A DNA stretch of 64,000 nucleotides from Pecten maximus (lineage: Eukaryota), in NCBI RefSeq assembly GCF_902652985.1, contig NC_047017.1, positions 21,576,001-21,640,000 of the forward strand. The letters are read 5' to 3'. Position 1 is the stretch's first letter, and each line of letters opens with the position of its first letter. The position numbers were made by a program, and so were the translations under genes. The notes beneath the pieces were generated by a model that saw only the letters and a list, made by a program, of their open reading frames with translations, did not search any database and was not told the origin of the DNA. Shown one piece after another: positions 13,131 through 23,400 of this stretch.

Positions 13131-13367
13131 GGCCCAGCTGTTCAAAAGGTGATTAAGCTAATCACAATTTAACAACAATCTTAAAATTGTGATAAAAAAA
13201 TTTCTGGTACAACTAACATCACAAAATTTTGCGAAACTATAACACACCTCAGTTTCTTCCTATTTGCCTATTTTAAGGAACATACACACGGAGGTTCTGA
13301 AGTAAAGGCGAAATAAAATTTTCACTGATCAGGTGATTAAGCTAATCAACTTTTGAACAACTGGGCC
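13131..13367. mobile_element. MITE, PIF/Harbinger-like
   Basis: ~33-bp TIRs GGCCCAGCTGTTCAAAAG../..CTTTTGAACAACTGGGCC; 3-bp CAG TSD. Confidence 0.85.
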
Positions 13368-13370
13368 CAG

Positions 13371-13455
13371 GTAGCTCAGTGGTGAAGTGTAAGTCTAGAG
13401 TTTGCAGGGTCTCGTGTTCGAACCCCTGTCTGGCTACTATCTTTCTCCTGTTACA
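13371..13455 (+). mobile_element. tRNA-derived short repeat (SINE head/tRNA pseudogene) interrupted by the MITE
   Basis: A-box TAGCTCAGTGG, B-box GTTCGAACC; the 5' acceptor-stem half (gtgaccag) lies on the other side of the MITE. Confidence 0.6.
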
Positions 13456-13598
13456 TATTTAGCGAGCTTGCAAATCCTTTGGGAGGATGCTAAAGCAACG
13501 GGATATCCGAATCTGTTATCTTTGTCGGTGAAGATTTGATAAAAGGAGGGAGGAATGTTGCGGAACTGGACTGGGTGGAGCCACAAACGTTCCAGAAG

Positions 13599-13629
13599 CA
13601 GAGACGTGTATATCATATACACGTCTCTG
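13599..13629. mobile_element. 31-bp perfect palindromic micro-MITE
   Basis: CAGAGACGTGTATAT-C-ATATACACGTCTCTG flanked by 7-bp direct repeat CCAGAAG. Confidence 0.75.
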
Positions 13630-15521
13630 CCAGAAGGTAGAAAATTGAAGTAATACAGATAAATCTGTCGTTTCTACAAAGGAATACGTAGTAACGTGAC
13701 CCTGTGGTCAGATCGAGAGTCAGCTGATCATGAGGGTAGTCAGATCAGATCTGCAGATCTAGACCAGTCAATTGTAAACAAAGATGCACTGTACATGAGA
13801 AGTACAAATATTCTTAATAGAAAAATTCAGCGGATACGTAATTAGATGACTGTGGTTGAGAAGATGAATTATTTATATGATCATATCTGTAAACTGTAAA
13901 ACGAAAGTAGGTCTAGCCAAACTACTACATTGTAGGTGAAGCAAATACTGCTATTTTCGCAATAACTGTTCATTTTACTTGATACGATAGCAATAAACAA
14001 AATCAGCGTTACCTTCCGTTGTATTTTAGCACATTGGTGTCTCAAAAAATGAGAAAATAAGCCGGTATAACGTTCAATGATCTTCTGTTTTTATTATCGC
14101 CATGCATGTTTTCCGGGTCACGTTCTAATAGCATGTGGGCTTCCGGTTACGTCATCAAATTCATTTCCCGCGAATTTATTGGGAAATCTAAATTACACTT
14201 ACAATGAAATGAAGTGAAAGAAATAAAAAATGTCTCAATAAAAATATTGTGATCAGTATTTAGTGCAACATGAAATTTTCACTGTAAAAAATTGCTACGA
14301 TTTGCTTACCTAAAGCATTAGAAATTAAAATCAAATTATTTTAAAATCCATATTTCGTTTCCATTAAAATCTTAAAATTTTTATCACAAGACCGTTTAGA
14401 AGCTTTGCAGTACTGACTCTTTCAAACGCACAGATGCTTTGATTTGAGCAAAGATGGCGACCTGAAGCTGTGAGGCGGTTTGGATTTGAATTAAAATGCG
14501 TATATTTCGGCAAGTAAACATCGTACAATGTCCCCGTATGGTCAGATCATCTAATTTTGTCATTATGTATTCCGAACAGTTGTTGTTTAGTCGCTACGGT
14601 CATTAACATAAAAATTCGGATTATTATATAAATACTTATTTAATTATAGGGAGTGTATGTTATTCCAATACGTGTACAACATAAAATACAAGTAAAACTC
14701 AACGTTTGTTTCATTGTTTTAATCTAAGATTTTTAAAGTGCTGCACCAGTTACAATTACAACGTATTACCATGTAAGAACATGTGAAATAAACTGACATT
14801 GTAATCATCACAGCTGATCAACGTTGTGACAAACAGCGACTTATTAACATAAGACAAACAACAGCAGATTACCACTTTAACACCAATAGGTAAAACTGAA
14901 CACCAACGGATTAAAATTGTCTTTTTAAAAAATATGTTTATAATCAACACAAACACCGGAGGGTCAATATTTACCTTAATACTGGCTGATAACATAAAAA
15001 AGCAGTCTACCTATGTCGACAAGACCAGACAAACCACATAAGCTTACACTGTACATGTTCTTCATCTGACAAAACTCCAAATTCAGCTTTCGTTGGTGTT
15101 CCTTATCTGTTCTGCCCCTTTCTATCTTTATTCTCTTCTTCGTTAAATTACAAAATAATCTAAAATAATCTGTTGCGTGACAAATTTTGTATATATCCCC
15201 TTGTAACGGAAAGGACGTAAGTAAGTTGTACAACTTTTGTCCATCTATTTGCTTTTATCTGCAATAAAATTGATTTAAACTAAACATTAAAACAATTTCA
15301 TTGGTTTTCAAAATAAATGAAATAACTTTTGTAAAACATCAGATTAAAAAGTTTCTTCACGTACAACTAATAGGATAACTAAAACAATGCAAATAAAAGA
15401 AAATTATCCGTACCGAACTTTAACGTCTACTCACACACATTACATACTAAAGTTTATTAGTTCTCACGTACTCGTTACCCTGTATTATATAGCCAGCTAC
15501 ATGTTAGTACAAGTATTTAAC

Positions 15522-15591
15522 TAGCCCGAGTTTCCTCTGGCCCTGACATCATTTCTGGCCATGGCGTCAGGGCCAGAGGAAACTCGGGTAA
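15522..15591. mobile_element. 70-bp hairpin MITE with 9-bp TSD
   Basis: Arms TAGCCCGAGTTTCCTCTGGCCCTGAC/GTCAGGGCCAGAGGAAACTCGGGT; TSD GTATTTAAC; empty site in the paralog at ~35457-35470; a half copy at 58188-58210. Confidence 0.85.
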
Positions 15592-15626
15592 GTATTTAAC
15601 AAGGTTACCCTACATACGATATTGCT

Positions 15627-17815
15627 AGATTCAGATTCAGATTCAGATTATTTTATTTCCTTGTGTTACAAGACGCATTGGAGAGTAGACATATACATAT
15701 ACAATAATACAATAGTATAGAATAGTGATGGACAATCATATCATTATATCAATCAAGAATATATATATCTTGATATAGAAGAACACATTACATGGTATAT
15801 CATTAAAAAATAGCACAATGCATTACATTTACTTAAATTCATATTAAATGATAATCACAGTGTTTATGCACTGATATTTAAACATTCATTACGTTGACCA
15901 CAAAATTTTCAGGATTTTTTAAAAGAAAATCTTCATACAAATCCTCGATATAAGCCCCAGGATAAAATCTATATGAACGCTGACATATTTATTAAGTATA
16001 GATAATATTCATATACATTTATCATAAATGCATAATAAAGTAATATAGTATACAATATGTTTCATTGATAATACAAGCATGATATACTAGTACTATAGAA
16101 ACGGTAAATAGTGCCAATCCTTACTTTAATTACATACATATACGATTTTACATATTAGCTTTATAAGGACCACTGATTTGTAAACAGGAAGTGCACTGAT
16201 ATATACCTTTTATCCTGTAATTATACAATCTCAACCATTCGACATGTCTTTTAAACTGATATAAAATTTAAATGAAAGTACAGCTCTGAAATGTTTGTAT
16301 CAACCTATATTGAGGCAAAATTATGTATAATTATTTCGGCGCTTAAAACACAAAGATACATATTTGCCTAACTTATTTAATTCTCCAATATTCCGGGTAT
16401 TTAATAGAAGGATCAACTTAAAAACACTGGGACGTCTGTAATAATATGACTTAATGTACTTTTGCCTTAAATCAGTATAACAGTTGCACCTTAGAAGAAA
16501 ATGAAATTCATCCTCAATATCATTAGAATTACATACTTCACATATCCTATGATCTCTAGGACGGTTTCTATACCGTCCTTGTTCAATATTTAAATTGTGT
16601 GAACTAAGTCTAATACGTGCTATATTCTTTTGGTAAGAACTACTAATAGGTTTAGTTAAATAAAATTGTAGTGTAAAATTATCGATAAGATGTCGGTATA
16701 GAAAACCCTTTGGAATTGCTTGTATGTTTGATAAAAGTTCTAGACGATAAACGTCGTAAAATCTATTTTCAATAATTTTATAAGCTTTCCTATCATTGCA
16801 TGTTATATTGTTCCAAAGATAAGATAATCCTAATTTATCTAATTCTGCTCTTATGTTTAAAATCCAACTGTCATTTGATCCTATCCTTTCCTCATAGCAA
16901 TTTCTTAATATACAATTATATGAATGTTGACAATGGTAATCTTCCGAGTTCACAATATACTAAATTATTACATGTACTTTTTTTCACACCAAGTACTTTT
17001 TTACAAAAATTAATATGTATCTTTTCAATATCTAAGGCTTTGTGGAAACCCCATACCTCGGCACTGTAACTAAGTATGCTATTTACATATGTGTCAAACA
17101 CAGAACATTGGGTATTAATGTTAAAATCATGATTTTTGAACTTATTATATATAGCGTAATATGCTTTATTGCCCTGTTCAGCCACAGGCTTTTGGTTAAC
17201 ATAAAATTTACCATTATAATTGAAAAGCATCCCTAGATAATTGAATTGGTCTACAATTTGTAGTTCAGTTTCATTGTAAAACCACTTTTCGTTATTTTTA
17301 ATATTCCCGCCGTTTCTAAAGACCATTATTTTCGTCTTGTCTGTGTTCAAAATAAGACTATATTTATTGTTATAAGATTTGAGAGCATCTATGACCTGTT
17401 GCAAATTCTCTGGAGAGTCAGCAAATAACACCGTATCATCAGCATACATAAGAAGAAAAATACTGATTAAGTTAAGTTCAATTGATGGACAACATTCACT
17501 AATAAAATGCATTTCACAGTCATTTACAAATAATGAGTACAAAATCGGGGAGAGGATTTCTCCTTGGAAGAGACCGATTGTGTTGGAGAAGAAATCAGAG
17601 TAATAACCGTTATGTTTCACACAAGATTTAACTGAATTATATAATGATTGAATGACTCGTAACATTTTCCCCCTCACACCCTGTCTTATTAGTTTACTCC
17701 ATAATTGAGACCTTTCAATAAGATCAAATGCTTTCTTGTAATCGACAAAGCAGCAGTATAACATTCCGCCCTTTTTATTTAAATACTTGTTAATAAGTGT
17801 TTGGGGTACAAATAT
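15627..17815 (-). mobile_element. 5'-truncated LINE (RTE-X-like), frameshifted RT ORF
   Basis: ORFs 16916-17821 (FVDYKKAFD, GLFQGEILSP, YADD, YLG) and 16321-16953 (CEVC..EDEFHFLLRC); 3' tail AATAAAATAA(TCTGAA)n at 15627-15660. Confidence 0.88.
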
Positions 17816-18969
17816 TACCATTATATTATCTTTATACTACCATATACCATGATCGATTGAACTTCTTTGTATACATTTATTGAAATGGATGCGTTACCCG
17901 ACACACATGGACTTGACACAAATGATTCCCAGTTTACTGTCCATTCGGACGCTTTACAGGATCAGGATAGAATTGGACCGTGATGATTACGAATTTGTTT
18001 TGATTGTAAATGGGCATATTTAAAGCATTATTAATTAATTATGAATAAATCCAAAATCAGGCATCATTCTGGAGCGGGAATAAGGAAGTTTTACCCGTTT
18101 TTTGTTGTTGAAAATTTCAGTTATATTTTCTGAATCTTAATGTCACTTTAATTCACAGCCATGATAATCTCTCATGCATGTTATTCCTGACTCAGAACTA
18201 TTCCTGCAAATTAAGCCTATGGTGACCCCTCCCCCGCTTGTGCGCTATAAGTTTTTCATAACTGATACGTGTAGAATGATGTTAATCTGCTCAAATGCAT
18301 GGACAAAACAGATTAACCAAACTTGAGTAGAAATTGAAATATAAGAATATATTTGTACTAGTGTCGTGTCATTTCACACGGTACTTGTTGTCTATTCCAT
18401 GGACATCCGGTGATGTTTCTAGAATCTAGTATTGTCATATATTTATATCTCTCCCTTCTTCAGCTTGGTAAACTCTGACTGCGTTGAAATAATGTAAAGC
18501 AGTAAAAACAACAGGCTCAGCGGATTAATAAGCGCAGGAATCGGTAACATAATCATGACGTCGTCTCTTTGTGACGTTACCGGAACGTCAACTAGACGGT
18601 GCCATTTTCAAAGGACTGATCTACGACATTTTAGCGTTTTCTCCTGTTATCCGATGACCTCTGCACAAAAATCTAATGTCGAGTGAGTGTTTTGTCGAAA
18701 GCTAAACTGAAGATTGCAGAAATAAGTGGATGTTTAACTTCTCCACGAGGTAAGCTTACAACAAATGGCTGAAGAGTACAGTTCCTATAGAACAATCGAC
18801 CACGTCACTACTAACTCTGTGTCAATACCCGCTGTGATTGAAAACCATGGTTAGTGCGAGACGGAAATTGTGGATTGTGAATATATTAATGATTTGAAAA
18901 CGTAAAATATATCAAACAGAAATGTTGAGTTTTTTTTATAATTTTGTTACAATACTTGTGTCTTTACGC

Positions 18970-19605
18970 GGATTTACTGGAACTAGATTATCATAGCAAC
19001 CACGACTGTCGTAGTTACCAATGTCGTGGATTCACTGGAACTAGGCTACCATAGCAACCACGACTGTCGTAGTTACCAATGTCGTGGATTCACTGGAACT
19101 AGATTATCATAGCAACCACGACTTTCGTAGTTACCAATGTCGTGGATTCACTGGAACTAGGCTACCATAGCAACCACGACTGTCGTAGTTACCAATGTCG
19201 TGGATTCACTGGAACTAGGCTACCATAGCAACCACGACTGTCGTAGTTACCAATGTCGTGGATTCACTGGAACTAGGCTACCATAGCAACCACGACTGTC
19301 GTAGTTACCAATGTCGTGGACTCACTGGAACTAGGCTACCATAGCAACCACGACTGTCGTAGTTACCAATGTCGTGGATTCACTGGAACTAGGCTACCAT
19401 AGCAACCACGACTGTCGTAGTTACCAATGTCGTGGACTCATTGGAACTAGGCTACCATAGCAACCACGACTGTCGTAGTTACCAATGTCGTGGATTCACT
19501 GGAACTAGGCTACCATAACAACCACGACTGTCGTAGTTACCAATGTCGTGGACTCACTGGAACTAGGCTACCATAACAACCACGACTGTCGTAGTTACCA
19601 ACGTC
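18970..19605. repeat. 58-bp tandem repeat, ~11 copies
   Basis: Unit ggattcactggaactaggctaccatagcaaccacgactgtcgtagttaccaatgtcgt. Confidence 0.95.
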
Positions 19606-20174
19606 GCAATACATCACGACTTTTATTTTCATCGTGCGGTACTAGTATTTCAACGATTTGATTGATGTAAATACTGTATATGCATTGAACGATGTTTTTA
19701 ATGCGCTTACGGTGGTATGAACGCAATGGGATACATATATATTCTAACACCGTCCAATCCCTATATACCTGTCACAGCGGGTAAGCGAACCAAGGTCTGT
19801 GCTCTCGTTTACTGAGCACCTGTATAATCATTAGATATCTGCAGTAGAATGGTTTTAACCTAATAAAGCAAAGCTCGGATATGAACCCGATTTATGTCAA
19901 ACTGTATTACACCCCAATCCTATATTACATAAATCACTCAGGGCGATAATCGCCGCCTTCATTTTAGCCCTTCGGTTGACCTCGTAGAGGCAAGAACTGT
20001 AAGAGGGCGGTCACTGGTTCGATTCCCTGTGTGATGTGATGTGTATATGAACTGTACCACGACATTTTACCACGACAGTACTTTGTATCCCGGCAGTACT
20101 CAGTAATTCGACCGTACCCTCGAAGTTTATCGTTTTGACCACCATACTGCAGGAACTAACTCCGCTTTTCTATT

Positions 20175-20419
20175 TCATTCCAACCGGAAGTAGATATCTT
20201 TGGTGAGCATATGGTAAATGCACGCCACTGACTTCGATTGATGCCATTCCGGCTTCTTTGGGAAGTGAGTTTTCATATTCATTGCCATTTCGTTGTTGAC
20301 TTCCGTCAACACCTGAAGGAGGTCTGTCCGGAAATCGTAACTTTGGAACCGGTGCACCAAATTATACATACAATATGGCAGCCATCCTCCAGTGTGATCA
20401 TCGGAAAAGGTCACCCGCC
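20175..20419 (-). CDS. Gene 1 exon 6 (small subunit)
   Basis: GGWLPY..LTEVN..CIYHMLTKDIYF. Confidence 0.9.
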
Positions 20420-23400
20420 CTGAAAAATAATAGTAACGAAATATATAGATTATATGCATCATACCGCAAAATGATTTCTCTAGATAACCCAATCTACGTA
20501 AAATGTCCTACTTTCAATAGTGAGGTCCGAAGGAATAAACAAAGAAAAATATGTAGAAAACTGAAATAAAGTTTAGGCCTATTTTAATACAGCTGGACAC
20601 TTTTTATGATCTGCTTACTGGATTAACAAGTAAAACCTCAAATAAACAAATCATAATAATAAACAATATATTATATTTATACATAAAAATAAATAAATGA
20701 ATATAAACCATGATCAATCTGAAATAGCTTTGTGTCGATTGCATTTCATCGTGTAGAAATTCGCAAACTTTTGACTTAAATATTTCAACAAATCTGCATT
20801 TCAATGCACGGATATAATCTCACTTTGCTTGAAAAAATAACAGGCACAACATGTACCAACAGTATTAGCTATATCTATCTGTATATCGTAACAACGAAAC
20901 TCTCCCAATCCTCTTGTAATCTTGTTATCGGTGTTAGTCGTTCCATGGGAAGTAACTCCCGGTCAATGGGAAGTAACTCCCGGTCAATGGGAAGTATCTC
21001 CCGGTCAATGGGAAGTAACTCCCGGTCAATGGGAAGTAACTCCCGGTCAATGGGAAGTATCTCCCGGTCAATGGGAAGTATCTCCCGGTCAATGGGAAGT
21101 AACTCCCGGTCAATGGAAAGTAACTCCCGGTCAATGGGAAGTATCTCCCGGTCAATGGGAAGTATCTCCCGGTCAGTGGGAAGTAACTCCCTGTCAATGG
21201 GAAGTAACTCCCGGTCAATGGGAAGTAACTCCCGGTCAATGGGAAATAACTCCCTGTCAATGGGAAATAACTCCCGGTCAATGGGAAGTAACTCCCGGTC
21301 AATGGGAAGTAACTCCCGGTCAATGGGAAGTAACTCCCGGTCAATGGTAAGTAACTCCCGTTCAATGGTAAGTAACTCCCGGTCAATGGTAAGTAACTCC
21401 CGGTCAATGGGAAGTAACTCCCGGTCAATGGGAAGTATCTCCCGGTCAAACTTTACAACACTCTCTTGTCAATTTTCTAATGATGAATGGTGATATGGAT
21501 TAGCGTTATATATAGATACACGAGGCCGAGAAGCCGAAAGCTGAATGGGGTCACGTGATTGCGATAGACGAGTCCGTGCAGCGTGGTGATGTACGCATTC
21601 TTGTAAGACCTAAACCACCGAACTGTAATTTTATTGTTTTGCATTGATTTAGGTTTTTACAAAACATCGTGGTCCTTTTACAATATCTATATATATATAT
21701 ACTTGGATACCAATAATATATTACTACTTACCTGGATCAACGTGGCCCGGCCCTAAACGAAAGTACGTTGATTGCTACGTACCTCGAGCCGAAGAGAACA
21801 TCGTCTTTGCCTTTATACAAAACGCTTGCTTATCCTAGACTTTACACAAACACCTATCGCTACTTACCTGGATCCCAAAAGAACGGCATCCTGTCTCCCA
21901 CACAAATCAATCGCTACTTACCTGGATCCCAAGAGAACGGCATCCTGGCTCTCACACAAATCAATCGCTACTTACCTGGATCCCAAGAGAACGGCATCCT
22001 GGCTCTCACACAAATCAATCGCTACTTACCTGGATCCCAAGAGAACGGCATCCTGGCTCTCACACAAATCAATCGCTACTTACCTGGATCCCAAGAGAAC
22101 GTCATCCAGACTCTCACACAAATCAATCGCTACTTACCTGAATCCCAAGAGAACGTCATCCTGGCTCTCACACAAATCAATCGCTACTTACCTGAATCCC
22201 AAGAGAACGGCATCCTGACCCTTATACAAAATCAATCGCTTCTTACCTGGAGCGGAAGAGAACATAACAAGACAATGGCTGTAGCAGGGAATGGAACAAA
22301 AGTCAGCATCCTCCATCTCCCGCTTCGGTTGAAGTTCTAAGATTCTCTCCCTTCTTTTCTGTTCCTGGTCCTTCTGTACCTTCTCCCGGTATCGACACCA
22401 CGCCTCTCGGTTTCGCCTTTGTTCCTCCTCGTTTGCGTACGTTTGGTCCTCCTCGCCGTCTATAAAAGGTATATACCCTGGTCCATACATCCTGGCGGGG
22501 TTGTCATCACTCCTGCCCTTCGCGTCAGCTGTCGTGGTAGTTTTAGAATCATCTCCGTCCGTCACTCCATGATCCTTTCCTGTGATTTGAAGGTCTACTC
22601 CCTGTCCAACCATCTCCTGCGTTGTTAACTGATTTCCGTGATGCCCTTCTTCCTTTTCCAAACCATCCCCGTGTGTGTTCGCGCAGTCGTGAGTACCGTT
22701 CCGTCCCTGATGCTGTGACACATGACGACTCTCTTCCCTCAGACCAGCCAGGGGAGGCTGAGAATTATATGTTATGATGTCGACATCGACCCCTGGATCC
22801 ACCAGTTCGGCGTCGTCAACATCCATTCGTCCCCGACACGCCTGGAATGTACACGAACAATTAGACCGTGTTGCCAACGACGCAATAAACAATCACAACA
22901 CTGCACCCAGGACAAACATGTACAAAATCACATTTTCGAAACCCAGGGGTCATGTTTTCGTTATACCCAGAATTCGCACGTGACCGTTATATTCTCCAGC
23001 ATGATAATAATATGTAGCGTCCCGTATACGTCTACAGTGACCAAGGACATCCCATCCCGTGACTCGATACGCCATGTTCTGTTTTCACGTGTATTTGTTT
23101 TAGGGGTTTAACGTCTTCGCAATAGCTCGGGTCATATGGGTTATCTAAAGAGGAAAGCAAGATGGACGGATCAGTGAGGAAATAGTGCTGAAATGGAGGC
23201 AGAAAATCTATTGTGTTCACCTTTTCTTCGCCTGATGATGAATGTTGACATGTTTGTATAGGAAGCTGAGCATTTAAATTGTTTTCTAGGAATGTACATA
23301 ATGTGTAATAGACTTTTGAATTTGATAAGTTTATACCAGTTAAGTATTTACTTGTATTAAGATGAGGGTAGGAACATTTATTTATTTGTATTAAGATGAG

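Noticed and set aside
13371-13440. Functional tRNA gene
   Set aside because: Acceptor stem split by a MITE; imperfect arms
18970-19605. Regular 58-bp array as possible CRISPR
   Set aside because: Head-to-tail units without spacers
20804-22340. 229-, 171-, 190- and 148-aa repetitive ORFs
   Set aside because: Products of 21- and 54-bp intronic minisatellites; single or decayed in the paralog
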